The position numbers and the translations under genes are program-made. This document shows positions 1 to 10,482 of a stretch of 64,000 nt of DNA, one piece after another. The notes under the pieces are model-generated. The model saw only the letters and a program-made list of their open reading frames with translations. It was not told where the DNA came from and made no database searches. Within the stretch, counting starts at the first letter, position 1; each line of letters opens with the position of its first letter. Origin of the DNA: an uncultured Roseburia sp. (GTDB lineage Bacteria; Bacillota; Clostridia; Lachnospirales; Lachnospiraceae). The stretch covers positions 15,366 through 79,365 of the forward strand of contig CAZAMD010000003.1 in NCBI GenBank assembly GCA_964486485.1, written 5' to 3'.

Positions 1-476
1 AGCCGGTTGAAATAGATGCGGGCTTTGTTGATATCCACCTTCTGGCTGTCGATCAAAATATAATCCATCAGCTTCAGGATGGGCACGCTCGATTCGTATT
101 CATGGATCGGAAGCCCGCGGATCGCTAAGCGGTATCCGAGCTTCTTCAATTCCATCAGGCGGTCTACATAAATGTCAGTGGGAGGTACCGTGTCATCAAT
201 CATCAAAACCAAATGTGAATGAGGGGCACTGCATTGGCTGGTAATATCGGAAAAAATAGAGATGTTCCCGATCGATACGAAAAACTCCCGGTTGGAAGAA
301 ATCGCTTTCCACCCCATGCTCTCTATTACTTCAAGCCCTTCAATGTAAGCAGCCCCATCGTTTTTCCCGGTCCCTGAAAGACTGGGCTGCAATAAAAAAT
401 TGTACTTCTGCGAAAATAGCGAGTAAGCACTGACGTTTAAATTTTCATCAAATAAAGGAACTAATGTAACTAACAT
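1..476 (-). CDS. EAL/HDOD-type c-di-GMP-related signalling protein (partial; runs off window start)
   Basis: Manual translation from ATG at 476 with upstream AGGAGAG RBS: MLVTLVPLFDENLNVSAYSLFSQ...VDRLMELKKLGYRLAI...; resembles degenerate EAL N-terminus of EAL-HDOD proteins; open to base 1. Confidence 0.65.
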   Translation of the reverse strand, partial: MLVTLVPLFDENLNVSAYSLFSQKYNFLLQPSLSGTGKNDGAAYIEGLEVIESMGWKAISSNREFFVSIGNISIFSDITSQCSAPHSHLVLMIDDTVPPTDIYVDRLMELKKLGYRLAIRGLPIHEYESSVPILKLMDYILIDSQKVDINKARIYFNR

Positions 477-975
477 AGATATCTCTCCTAACCAATAAAA
501 ATAGTAAATAAATACTATTAAATCAAAAACCCCCACAGTTTTTTATGCAGATGTCATTTCTACGAAATAGTGCTTTAGTACTATTAATACCACAATACAG
601 CAAGTTTTTCAAGCAAAATCCACGAAAAACAGTGCCTTAGTACCATTATCAACGAAAGTCACATTTTTTCACTTAAAATCTGATTGGATATAGCAATTTA
701 GCACAATCTACATCACCCCTCTCAGAAATATGACAGAAAACATACTTTTAAAATAGGAATTTTGTACCACTAATACTACTATACCACACTTTTGGAAAAA
801 TTTCATTCTTTAAATAAAAATAATTTGACAAAACAGATGTTCCGCCGTTTAAAATAGATTTTCTGTTATTCAGGAAGAAATCACTTGATATTTGGTGAAA
901 ACTGTGGAAAACTAAGATTAGGAAGATATGGGAATCCGAAGAAGGATCGTCAAGGGAAAAGGAAGGAGGTTTTTT

Positions 976-2442
976 ATGTTAAATCAGTGGAAGGAAGCGG
1001 AGAAGCCTAATGCGGAGGAGCTTTCGGAGCGGCTTAAGGAGGCGAGGGAAAGGCTGCAGGATCAGCAGCTGAAGATAAAAGAACACCGGCTGCCGGTATT
1101 AGTCCTTGTGGAGGGCTGGGGGACGGCGGGAAAAGGCCGCCTGATCGGACAGATGATAAAAAACATAGACCCGCGCTTTTTTAAAGTGGTTTCCATGGAG
1201 GCGCCGACGGAGGAGGAAAAAAGAAAGCCCTTTTTATGCCGCCATTTTGCCAATATCCCGGAGGCGGGGAAATTCGGCTTTTTAGATTCCGGATGGATGA
1301 ACGATATCATGAGGGCGCGTTTCTATGATGACATGGACGAGCAGGAGTATACGGCCCGCATCGACAGCGTCAAGCGGTTCGAGCGGCAGCTGACGGACAA
1401 CGGCTATCTGGTGGTCAAGCTCTTCCTCCACATAGAAAAAAAGGAGCAGGAAAAGCGGATCCGCCGGCTGCTGAGCGAAAAGGATACGAAGTGGAGGGTC
1501 AGCAAAAGGGACCGCTGGCAGAATGCGAACTATGACTTCTGCCGCGAGGCGTTTGCCGCTTATTTAAAGGAAACGAACATGCCGTCGGCCCCATGGTACA
1601 TCATCGACGCGGAATCAAAGAAATGGACGGAGCTGCAGGCATTGGAGATCCTCACCGAGGGGATAGATGTCGCGCTCTCTAACACCGCCACGGCAGTGCC
1701 GATCCTGCAGAACGTGTTTCCGATGGAGAAGCTGCCGCTGCTTTCTGAGATTGCGTTGGATCAGTGCATGGAGGAAGCGGTTTACAAAGAGCAGTTAAAA
1801 AAGCTCCAGAAACGGCTGGGAGAGCTGCACAACCGCCTCTACCGCAAGAAAGTGCCGGTGATCATCGCCTATGAAGGATGGGACGCGGCGGGAAAGGGCG
1901 GCAATATCAAGCGGATCACAGGCGCGCTTGACCCGAGGGGATATGAGGTGCATCCCATCGCAAGCCCGGAACCCCACGAAAAGGCAAGGCATTATCTCTG
2001 GCGTTTCTGGACAAGGCTGCCAAAGACCGGACACATTGCTATTTTTGACCGTACCTGGTACGGCAGGGTCATGGTAGAGCGTCTGGAAGGCTTCTGCAGT
2101 GAAAATGACTGGAAGCGTGCCTACAATGAGATCAATGAGTTTGAAAAGGAGCTGTGCGACTGGGGCGCCATTGTGATCAAGTTCTGGGTACAGATCAATA
2201 AGGAAACGCAGCTAGAGCGCTTTACCTACCGGCAGAATACGCTGGAAAAGCGCTGGAAGATCACAGAGGAGGACTGGCGGAACCGGGAAAAGTGGGATCT
2301 GTATGAAACTGCCGTCAATGAGATGATACAAAAAACCAGCACGGTCTATGCCCCCTGGCATATTCTGGAGTCTGTGGATAAAAGATATGCACGGATAAAA
2401 GCGCTGAAAATCGTCATTGAAGAGTTGGAGAAGGCATTGTAG
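976..2442 (+). CDS. pap: polyphosphate:AMP phosphotransferase (two-domain PPK2 family)
   Basis: Two PPK2 domains (EGWGTAGKG and EGWDAAGKGG; FDRTWYGRVMVER); AAGGAGG RBS before ATG 976. Confidence 0.9.
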   Translation: MLNQWKEAEKPNAEELSERLKEARERLQDQQLKIKEHRLPVLVLVEGWGTAGKGRLIGQMIKNIDPRFFKVVSMEAPTEEEKRKPFLCRHFANIPEAGKFGFLDSGWMNDIMRARFYDDMDEQEYTARIDSVKRFERQLTDNGYLVVKLFLHIEKKEQEKRIRRLLSEKDTKWRVSKRDRWQNANYDFCREAFAAYLKETNMPSAPWYIIDAESKKWTELQALEILTEGIDVALSNTATAVPILQNVFPMEKLPLLSEIALDQCMEEAVYKEQLKKLQKRLGELHNRLYRKKVPVIIAYEGWDAAGKGGNIKRITGALDPRGYEVHPIASPEPHEKARHYLWRFWTRLPKTGHIAIFDRTWYGRVMVERLEGFCSENDWKRAYNEINEFEKELCDWGAIVIKFWVQINKETQLERFTYRQNTLEKRWKITEEDWRNREKWDLYETAVNEMIQKTSTVYAPWHILESVDKRYARIKALKIVIEELEKAL

Positions 2443-2515
2443 GAGGAAAGGCCTGCGCAGAAGGGGGAGCCGGCAGGCTCTCCCAAGGCGGCGCAAGAGG
2501 AATGGAGCGAGGAAC

Positions 2516-3013
2516 ATGAAACGGGAAACTTATCAGGAAATGATGGAAAAAACGAGGGCAAACCCCAAAAGAGTGCAGCGGATCAAAAGGGTCAACCAGC
2601 TGCTGACGGGGATTGTATTTTTTTCTTACCCCCTGTTTTTGTGCATGCTTTTTCTGGAAAAAGATGCGTTTTTGCTTCGGGCGATCGTCGTGCCGGCGGT
2701 GTCTTTTGCGGCGGTGACGGTGATCCGCCGCCTGCTGAACGTGCCGCGCCCCTATGAAAAATTCTGCGTAAAGCCGGTCTTGGAAAAGGAGACTCAGGGA
2801 AAATCCTTTCCGAGCCGCCATGTGTTTTCGGTATTTATGATCGCCGCCACCGTATTTGTCGAACACCCCGATGCGGGGATCCTGCTGGGGGCCTTAGGGC
2901 TGGTCTTAGGCGTCATCCGTGTCGCGGGCGGCGTGCATGAGCCGCGGGATGTGATAGCGGGGATAGCGGCCGCCGTCTTATGTGCTGGCATAGGCTATTA
3001 CCTCATGCCATAG
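2516..3013 (+). CDS. PAP2 family membrane phosphatase
   Basis: RP, SFPSRH and RVAGGVHEPRDV motifs; hydrophobic segments; start moved to MKRETY. Confidence 0.85.
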   Translation: MKRETYQEMMEKTRANPKRVQRIKRVNQLLTGIVFFSYPLFLCMLFLEKDAFLLRAIVVPAVSFAAVTVIRRLLNVPRPYEKFCVKPVLEKETQGKSFPSRHVFSVFMIAATVFVEHPDAGILLGALGLVLGVIRVAGGVHEPRDVIAGIAAAVLCAGIGYYLMP

Positions 3014-3899
3014 GGGCGGCGAGTCTGTGGCGCTTCCGATGCTCCCGGGGAGTCTGGCCGAAGCGCTTTTTAAAGGTGCGGTTGAAATAGGATAAGTTTT
3101 CATAGCCGACTTCCTCTGCGATGGCAAGAATGGAAGCGTCGGAGGAGATCAGCAGGCGGGATGCCATGGTGAGCCGGTATTCATTGAGATATTCGATGAA
3201 AGAGGTTCCCATGGTATTTTTAAAATATTTCATAAAGTGGGACTGGCTTAACCCCACCTCCGCCGCCATCTCCTCAATGGTGATTTTGTCCATATAATGA
3301 TTCTCGATATATTTCAAGATCAGTTTCATTTTCTCCAGGGATCTGTAGTTTTTCACCGGAGGCTTTTTGAGGCTGCATTTGCGGAACAGAATGAAAAAGA
3401 GCATGAAAAGCTGGCTCTTGATAAAGAGCTGGTAGCCGGTGGGATGCGTCCTGCTGATCTCATCGTTGGCGTCCACGCAGGCAGCGATCTCCGCGTAGTG
3501 GGGATGCTCCGGCGTGTAGAGGAACGGGACAGAGATGCTCCCCTGCAGCAGAGGAAGAAGGAAATCGGTGGTACAGGCATCCGTTTTTTTGGAAATCAGG
3601 ATGTTGGGATGGAAGATGATGTTTTCATACTCCATGCTGTTTTCTTCCAGCTGCTCGATGGAGTGGAGCTGTCCCGGCAGGATCAGGGCGATCGCGCCCG
3701 CAGATACCTCGCAGGGGACGAAATCCACAGTGATCGTGCCCGTTCCCTTCTTGATATAGATAAGCTCTACCTCCTCATGCCAGTGGATAGGAACATACTT
3801 AAAATCCAGAGGGATGGAGCAGGGATAAGTGATGTAGGGAAACAACGGGTTTCCATGTAAGATTTTTTCCTGGTAGTTTTCGTATTCTAAGATATTCAT
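3003..3899 (-). CDS. AraC family transcriptional regulator (cupin + HTH)
   Basis: HWHEEVE cupin; C-terminal [25 protein letters not shown]. Confidence 0.92.
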   Translation of the reverse strand: MNILEYENYQEKILHGNPLFPYITYPCSIPLDFKYVPIHWHEEVELIYIKKGTGTITVDFVPCEVSAGAIALILPGQLHSIEQLEENSMEYENIIFHPNILISKKTDACTTDFLLPLLQGSISVPFLYTPEHPHYAEIAACVDANDEISRTHPTGYQLFIKSQLFMLFFILFRKCSLKKPPVKNYRSLEKMKLILKYIENHYMDKITIEEMAAEVGLSQSHFMKYFKNTMGTSFIEYLNEYRLTMASRLLISSDASILAIAEEVGYENLSYFNRTFKKRFGQTPREHRKRHRLAAPMA

Positions 3900-4106
3900 G
3901 ATAGGATTGTACCACTTTTTAGCAAGATATTACAAGAAAAAAAGGAAAAAAAATCCTATAATGATACCGAACAGCAGAGATTTGAGAAAAATCATGAAAA
4001 TCCGTATGGAGAGCGGAGCAATCGGGAAATATCCAAAGATAGGAAAAACAGGAGAACCCGCAAAAAGGAAAGGGATCGGCGCGGAGGCGCCAGAAATGGA
4101 GGAAGT

Positions 4107-6359
4107 ATGGATCTGCAGAACACTGTAACGGAGAGATACGGGAAAACGATTTCCCAGTGCAGCAATGAGGAACTCTATGTCTCCTTATTGGAGATGGTCA
4201 AAGGAATGGCGAAAGAGAAAGAGAGCATTGCCGGCAAGCGCAAATTGTACTATATTTCCGCAGAGTTTCTGATCGGCAAGCTGTTATCGAACAATCTGAT
4301 CAACCTTGGCATTTATGAGGAAGTAAAGCAGCTGCTCGCGAAAAACGGCAAGAGCCTCGCGGAGATCGAAGAGATCGAGCCGGAACCGTCGTTAGGGAAC
4401 GGCGGCCTTGGGCGCCTTGCCGCCTGTTTCCTTGACTCTATCGCAAGCCTTGGCTTAAACGGCGACGGCGTAGGATTGAATTATCATTACGGCTTATTCA
4501 AGCAGGTCTTTGAGGACCGTCTGCAGAAAGAGACGCCGAATCCGTGGATCGAAAAGGAAAGCTGGCTGACCAGAACCGAGGTATCTTATCCCATCCGGTT
4601 CGGAGGATTCACCTTGCAGTCCAGATTGTACGATATTGATGTCATCGGTTATGACAACCGCACCACAAAGCTCCATCTTTTTGATGTGGAGAGCGTCGAT
4701 GAGAGCCTAGTGGGAGAGGGCATTGACTTTGACAAAGGGGATATCGCGAAAAACCTGACCCTGTTCTTATATCCAGATGATTCGGACGACCAGGGAAGGA
4801 TCCTCCGCGTGTATCAGCAGTATTTTATGGTAAGCAACGCCGCGAGGCTCATCATAGACGAGGCCTTAGAAAGGGGCAGCAACCTTTATGACCTGCATGA
4901 GTATGCGGTCATCCAGATCAACGATACGCACCCGAGCATGGTCATCCCGGAATTGATCCGGCTTCTGATGGAGCGCGGGATTTTAATGGACGAGGCCATT
5001 GGGATCGTCTCTAAGACCTGTGCCTATACCAACCACACCATCTTAGCGGAAGCGTTGGAGAAATGGCCGATCCATTTCCTGCATCAGGCCGTACCGCAGC
5101 TTCTGCCCATCATTTACGAGTTAAACAACCGCGTGCTGAAGAAATACGACGACAGATCCGTTGCCATCATTGACGAGCAGGAGCGCGTGCATATGGCGCA
5201 TATGGACATTCATTACGGGTACAGCGTCAATGGCGTAGCCTATCTGCACACTGAGATTTTGAAGCATTCCGAGCTGAATAATTTCTACAGGATCTATCCT
5301 GAGAAGTTCAACAATAAGACCAACGGCATTACGTTCCGCCGCTGGCTGCTGCACTGCAATTCCGATCTGGCGGAGCTGATCTCCTCCCTGATCGGCGACG
5401 GCTACAAGAAAAACGCGGATGAGCTGGAAAAATTGGCGAGATTCGCGGATGACGCGGAGGTATTGCGGAAACTGCTGGATGTGAAAGCGGCAAGAAAGGC
5501 GGATTTAAAGGCATATCTCGCGAAGACCCAAGGGATTGCGCTGGACAGCGGCTCCATTTACGATATCCAGATCAAGCGGCTCCATGAGTATAAGAGGCAG
5601 CAGATGAACGCCCTCTATGTCATCCATAAATATCTTGAAATCAAAGCGGGCAAAAAGCCGTCGCACCCGATCACCGTGATTTTCGGCGCAAAGGCGGCTC
5701 CGGCTTATGTGATCGCGAAGGATATCATTCATTTGATCCTCTGCCTGCAGGAAGTCATCAGCAAAGATCCGGAAACCGCGCCATACTTAAAAGTCGTTAT
5801 GGTGGAGAATTACAATGTGACGTTAGCGGAGAAGCTGATCCCGGCGGCAGATATCCATGAGCAGATCTCCCTCGCGTCCAAGGAAGCTTCCGGCACCTCC
5901 AATATGAAATTCATGTTAAACGGTGCGGTGGCAATCGGTACGCTGGACGGCGCGAACGTTGAGATGCACCAGTTTGTGGGAGATGACAATATCTATATCT
6001 TCGGCGAGTCCTCTGAGGAGGTCATCAAGCATTATGAAAAAGGGGATTATGTCCCCAAAACCTACTATGAGAAAGATGCGGACATCAAGCGTGCCATTGA
6101 CTTTATCGTCAGCGACACCTTAATGGAAGTGGGGCGCAGAGAGAATTTAGAGCGTCTGTACCATGAATTGCTCAACAAAGACTGGTTTATGACCCTGCCG
6201 GACTTCAAGGATTATGTGAAAACCAAAGAGCGCATCTATGCGGATTATGAGGACCGCATGGCATGGGCGAAGAAAATGCTGATAAACATCAGCAAAGCGG
6301 GATTCTTCTCCTCCGACAGAACCATCGCGCAGTACAATGAAGATATCTGGCATCTGTAA
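4107..6359 (+). CDS. glgP: glycogen/maltodextrin phosphorylase
   Basis: [37 protein letters not shown] (PLP lysine). Confidence 0.95.
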   Translation: MDLQNTVTERYGKTISQCSNEELYVSLLEMVKGMAKEKESIAGKRKLYYISAEFLIGKLLSNNLINLGIYEEVKQLLAKNGKSLAEIEEIEPEPSLGNGGLGRLAACFLDSIASLGLNGDGVGLNYHYGLFKQVFEDRLQKETPNPWIEKESWLTRTEVSYPIRFGGFTLQSRLYDIDVIGYDNRTTKLHLFDVESVDESLVGEGIDFDKGDIAKNLTLFLYPDDSDDQGRILRVYQQYFMVSNAARLIIDEALERGSNLYDLHEYAVIQINDTHPSMVIPELIRLLMERGILMDEAIGIVSKTCAYTNHTILAEALEKWPIHFLHQAVPQLLPIIYELNNRVLKKYDDRSVAIIDEQERVHMAHMDIHYGYSVNGVAYLHTEILKHSELNNFYRIYPEKFNNKTNGITFRRWLLHCNSDLAELISSLIGDGYKKNADELEKLARFADDAEVLRKLLDVKAARKADLKAYLAKTQGIALDSGSIYDIQIKRLHEYKRQQMNALYVIHKYLEIKAGKKPSHPITVIFGAKAAPAYVIAKDIIHLILCLQEVISKDPETAPYLKVVMVENYNVTLAEKLIPAADIHEQISLASKEASGTSNMKFMLNGAVAIGTLDGANVEMHQFVGDDNIYIFGESSEEVIKHYEKGDYVPKTYYEKDADIKRAIDFIVSDTLMEVGRRENLERLYHELLNKDWFMTLPDFKDYVKTKERIYADYEDRMAWAKKMLINISKAGFFSSDRTIAQYNEDIWHL

Positions 6360-6376
6360 AAAATGATTGCAGAATA

Positions 6377-6429
6377 AAAAAGGGGCGTGATGCACCGTGC
6401 CGATAAGGCGGGGGACATCACGCTTTTTT
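6377..6429. terminator. probable bidirectional intrinsic terminator
   Basis: GCGTGATG...CATCACGC stem flanked by A-tract and T-tract between convergent genes. Confidence 0.6.
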
Positions 6430-6461
6430 CAGGGCGGTCATTTCACAGTAAAATCCTTTCA

Positions 6462-6857
6462 TTACCACAGCGGATACTGCTCTACGCTTCCCTTGGATCT
6501 GAGGATTTCCGGCTCCACAGCCGCGTCTGTTTCTTCGATCTTGTTCACATGGATCGTAAACATCCAGTCGTCTCCATAATCATAATGGAGTGAAAAATTC
6601 TGCCCCTTTTCCAATCCGATCCGGTCTATCTTGATATCCGTGGACGGCTCGCCGTCTTGCGGCTGGCACTCATAACTGTTTTCGCTGTACATCTTATTGT
6701 CCATGCAGAACTCATACAAATGCTCATCCGTAAAATCAAAGGCGTCCAGGATCGATCTGCATAAATCGTTCAGTGTTTTTTCGCCCGTCATCTCTATGAC
6801 CCGGTACACTTCCCTGGCGCGCCCCGCCGGATATATCTTGAACGTATACTTCTTCAT
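6462..6857 (-). CDS. plasmid pRiA4b ORF-3 family protein
   Basis: TLNDLCRSILDAFDFTDEHLYEF and YDYGDDWMFTI motifs; GGAGG RBS before ATG 6857. Confidence 0.8.
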   Translation of the reverse strand: MKKYTFKIYPAGRAREVYRVIEMTGEKTLNDLCRSILDAFDFTDEHLYEFCMDNKMYSENSYECQPQDGEPSTDIKIDRIGLEKGQNFSLHYDYGDDWMFTIHVNKIEETDAAVEPEILRSKGSVEQYPLW

Positions 6858-7041
6858 CTCGCACCTCCTCTCCCTGTAAAACGCGTGCGTTTCCAAAAGA
6901 TGTCTGCCTTTAGAAACCGCTTGCTTGGATTGTAGCACAGAATCAGGGAAAACTCAATCAGATCGCCAGCAGATTCTGTTGAAAACAGGAAACAGCTGTT
7001 GTATGATAGGAGAAAATACATACACCATAAAGGAGAGCGGG

Positions 7042-8511
7042 ATGTTATACATAGGAATCGATTTGGGCACGTCTGCGGTGAAGCTCCTGCTGATGGATGC
7101 GGACGGAACCGTAAAAAATATGGTATCCAGGGAATACCCCCTGTACTTTCCCAGACATGGCTGGTCGGAACAAAACCCAAAAGACTGGTATCGGGAAACC
7201 ATGCTGGGATTAAAAGAGCTGCTTGCGGGCTTTGAGGCAGAGCAGGCAGCCGGAATTAGCTTTGGCGGGCAAATGCACGGGCTTGTGATATTAGATGAAA
7301 AGGATGAGGTCATCCGCCCGGCCATTCTTTGGAATGACGGCAGGACCACGGAAGAATGCGGGTATCTCAATGAGGTGATCGGCAGGGAGACCCTCTCCCG
7401 CTATACGGCAAACATTTCCTTTACGGGATTTACCGCTCCGAAACTATTGTGGGTAAAGGACAAAGAACCGGAACATTTTGCTAAAATCAAAAAGATTATG
7501 CTGCCGAAGGATTACATTGCTTACCGGTTAACCGGAGTTCACTGTACTGATGTTTCGGATGCCTCCGGCACGCTTCTTTTTGATGTAAAGAACCGCTGCT
7601 GGTCCAAAGAGATGTGTGAGATCTGCGGTATCAAAGAAGAAATGCTGCCAAAGGTGTATGAGAGTTCTGCGTGTGTGGGAACCCTTCTTCCGAAAGTGGC
7701 GGAGGAGCTTGGAATTTCCGCGGAAGTGAAAGTGGCGGCGGGAGCCGGCGACAATGCGGCGGCAGCCGTTGCGGCAGGAACCATAGGAGACGGCGGGTGC
7801 AATCTTTCTCTCGGAACCAGCGGCACGGTTTTTATTTCCTCGGATAACTTCAGGGTGGATAAGAACAATGCCCTGCACGCATTCTGCGACGCCAATGGAG
7901 CTTACCATTTGATGGGCTGTATGCTTTCCGCTGCCTCCTGTAACAAATGGTGGATGGAGAACATTCTGCGGACGAAGCAGTATGACGCGGAGCAGGAGCA
8001 CATTGTAAAACTGGGAGAAAACCATGTGTTTTATCTCCCCTACCTGATGGGGGAGCGTTCTCCCCATAATGACCCCGATGCTAGGGCGGTCTTTATCGGC
8101 ATGACCATGGACACCGCAAGAGAGGAAATGACTCAGGCCGTGTTAGAGGGCGTGGCTTTTGCCTTTCGCGATTCCCTTGAGGTGGCGAAATCTCTGGGGA
8201 TTTCCCCGGAACGCGCCAAAATCTGCGGCGGCGGCGCGAAGAGTCCGCTTTGGAAGAAGATCATCGCCAATGTGCTAAACATAAGGTTGGATATTTTAGA
8301 GACAGAAGAGGGGCCTTCCTTGGGAGCTGCCATGCTAGCGGCAGTGGCCTGTGGGGAGTATCAAAGCGTGCGGGAAGCCGCGGCAAAGATCGTGAAAGCA
8401 GTAGATACCGTGCAGCCGGAGCCGGAGCTTGCGGCGAAATATGAGGCGAGGTATCAGCAGTTCAAAAACATATATCCGGCGTGCAGAGAGCTGTTTCGTC
8501 AATTAGCATAG
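7042..8511 (+). CDS. xylB: xylulokinase (FGGY family)
   Basis: IGIDLGTSAVK, GQMHGLV, ILWNDGR, PYLMGERSP; AAGGAG RBS. Confidence 0.92.
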   Translation: MLYIGIDLGTSAVKLLLMDADGTVKNMVSREYPLYFPRHGWSEQNPKDWYRETMLGLKELLAGFEAEQAAGISFGGQMHGLVILDEKDEVIRPAILWNDGRTTEECGYLNEVIGRETLSRYTANISFTGFTAPKLLWVKDKEPEHFAKIKKIMLPKDYIAYRLTGVHCTDVSDASGTLLFDVKNRCWSKEMCEICGIKEEMLPKVYESSACVGTLLPKVAEELGISAEVKVAAGAGDNAAAAVAAGTIGDGGCNLSLGTSGTVFISSDNFRVDKNNALHAFCDANGAYHLMGCMLSAASCNKWWMENILRTKQYDAEQEHIVKLGENHVFYLPYLMGERSPHNDPDARAVFIGMTMDTAREEMTQAVLEGVAFAFRDSLEVAKSLGISPERAKICGGGAKSPLWKKIIANVLNIRLDILETEEGPSLGAAMLAAVACGEYQSVREAAAKIVKAVDTVQPEPELAAKYEARYQQFKNIYPACRELFRQLA

Positions 8512-8525
8512 ACAGGAGGAGAAAA

Positions 8526-10010
8526 ATGAACAATATTCCAGAGGTAAAAGTAGGGATTGTGGCAGTAAGCAGGGACTGTTTTCCCGAGTCGCTGTCGGTC
8601 GGCAGAAGAGAGGCGTTGGTAAAGGCTTATCACGAAAAATATGGCAGCGGTGACATCTATGAATGCCCCGTCTGCATCGTCGAGAGTGAGATCCATATGC
8701 TGCGGGCCTTAGAGGACGTGAAACATGCGGGCTGCAATGCCCTTTGCGTGTATCTTGGAAATTTCGGGCCGGAGATTTCTGAGACGCTGCTCGCAAAATA
8801 CTTTGACGGGCCTAAAATGTTTCTTGCGGCGGCGGAGGAGTCTCAGAATAACCTGACTCAGGGACGCGGTGATGCGTACTGCGGCATGTTAAATGCCAGC
8901 TACAATCTGAAACTGAGGAATGTAAACGCCTACATTCCAGAATATCCCGTGGGAGACGCGGCAGAGTGCGCCGACATGATCCATGAGTTTTTGCCGGTCG
9001 CGAGAGCCATCATCGGACTCTCCGGGCTTAAAATCATTTCTTTTGGGCCAAGACCGTTGAACTTCTTAGCCTGTAATGCGCCCATCCACCAGCTGTACAA
9101 CCTTGGGGTGGAGATAGAGGAAAATTCGGAGCTGGATTTATTCGAGGCCTTCCATAAACACGCCGGAGACGAGAGGATCCCTAAAGTGGCTGCCGATATG
9201 GCATCAGAGCTTGGGGCGGGAAACAAAAAACCGGAGATGTTGGAAAAATTAGCACAGTATGAGCTGACTCTTCTCGACTGGGCCGAGGCGCACAAGGGCT
9301 GCCGCAAATATATCGCGATCGCCGGAAAATGCTGGCCCGCTTTTCAGACACAGTTTGGCTTTGTTCCCTGCTATGTCAACAGCCGTCTGACGGGACGCGG
9401 TATTCCGGTATCCTGCGAAGTAGATATTTACGGCGCTTTAAGTGAGTTTATCGGAACCTGTGTCAGCGGGGACGTCGTTACGCTTTTGGACATCAATAAC
9501 TCCGTGCCAAAGGATATGTATGAAGAATCCATTCAAAACCGCTTTCCTTATAAACATACAGATACTTTTATGGGCTTCCACTGCGGAAATACCTGCTCTA
9601 AGAAATTGAGCAATTATGAGATGAAGAACCAGATGATCATGGCGAGAAGCCTTCCGGAGGAAGTGACGAATGGAACCCTTGAGGGGGATATTGTGCCGGG
9701 AGAGATCACGTTTTTCCGCCTTCAGTCCACCTCCGACAGCAGGCTTCGGGCTTATGCCGCACAGGGAGAAGTGCTGCCGGTGGCGACCCGTTCCTTTGGC
9801 TCCATTGGCGTATTTGCGATACCGGAAATGGGACGTTTCTATCGTCATGTGCTGATACAGAAAAACTATCCCCACCATGGGGCGGTGGCATTTGGCCATT
9901 ACGGAAAGGCGCTGTTTGAAGTGTTCAAGTATCTTGGCGTGCCCATGGAAGATATCAACTATAACCAGCCGGCAAGCCTGCCATATCCAACAGAAAGTCC
10001 TTTCTGTTAG
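8526..10010 (+). CDS. L-fucose/L-arabinose isomerase family protein, probably clostridial XylA-II xylose isomerase
   Basis: VAVSRDCFP, GNFGPE, RGDAYCG, CEVD, FHCGN, YPHHGA motifs; 14 bp downstream of xylB, so probably co-transcribed. Confidence 0.8.
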   Translation: MNNIPEVKVGIVAVSRDCFPESLSVGRREALVKAYHEKYGSGDIYECPVCIVESEIHMLRALEDVKHAGCNALCVYLGNFGPEISETLLAKYFDGPKMFLAAAEESQNNLTQGRGDAYCGMLNASYNLKLRNVNAYIPEYPVGDAAECADMIHEFLPVARAIIGLSGLKIISFGPRPLNFLACNAPIHQLYNLGVEIEENSELDLFEAFHKHAGDERIPKVAADMASELGAGNKKPEMLEKLAQYELTLLDWAEAHKGCRKYIAIAGKCWPAFQTQFGFVPCYVNSRLTGRGIPVSCEVDIYGALSEFIGTCVSGDVVTLLDINNSVPKDMYEESIQNRFPYKHTDTFMGFHCGNTCSKKLSNYEMKNQMIMARSLPEEVTNGTLEGDIVPGEITFFRLQSTSDSRLRAYAAQGEVLPVATRSFGSIGVFAIPEMGRFYRHVLIQKNYPHHGAVAFGHYGKALFEVFKYLGVPMEDINYNQPASLPYPTESPFC

Positions 10011-10227
10011 AAAGCCCTTTCTGCTAGAAAATCCATATCCAGCAGAAAGTCCATTCTGCTAGAAAGTCCCTATCCAGCAGAAATCTTTTCTGCAAGAAAA
10101 TCCTTTTTCAAGGTAAAAAGGATCTCGCGCCAACAAAAGCTTTTGTTCCCAAAAGAGCTTTTGTGCCATAAAAAGGTTTTGTGCCAAAAAAAGGTCTTGT
10201 GCCATAAAAGGCTTTCGCGCCATAAAA
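9981..10227 (+). repeat. two adjacent degenerate ~17-18 bp tandem arrays starting inside the isomerase 3' end
   Basis: Units like CAGAAAGTCCTTTCTGT/CCATATCCAG (9981-10110), then AAAAGGTTTTGTGCCATA-like units (~10135-10227). Confidence 0.85.
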
Positions 10228-10250
10228 CGGGGTGCTGCCTTAAGATTGCG

Positions 10251-10293
10251 GCAGGCCGTCCTGATGTTCCCGTCAGGACGGCCTGCTTTTTCT
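10251..10293 (+). terminator. intrinsic terminator of xylB-isomerase operon
   Basis: 14-bp stem GCAGGCCGTCCTGA / TCAGGACGGCCTGC followed by TTTTT. Confidence 0.85.
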
Positions 10294-10482
10294 CTTCCGC
10301 GAATCCTGCCGCTGTTATCCGGCAGGTCAGGGAGAGGCATTTGGAAGTATCTACCGGTAGATTCTTGCCGCATCCTCTGATACAATGCAGTTGTGACACA
10401 AACGAAATAATTGTGTAATAACTAATTAACAAAGTGGCAACATTTGGAAGAAACCAAGGAGTAAGGATGGAGGAATACGACA

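Noticed and set aside
6462-6857. pRiA4b ORF-3/TnpR-like gene as an IS element
   Set aside because: No transposase, terminal inverted repeats or target duplication seen around it.
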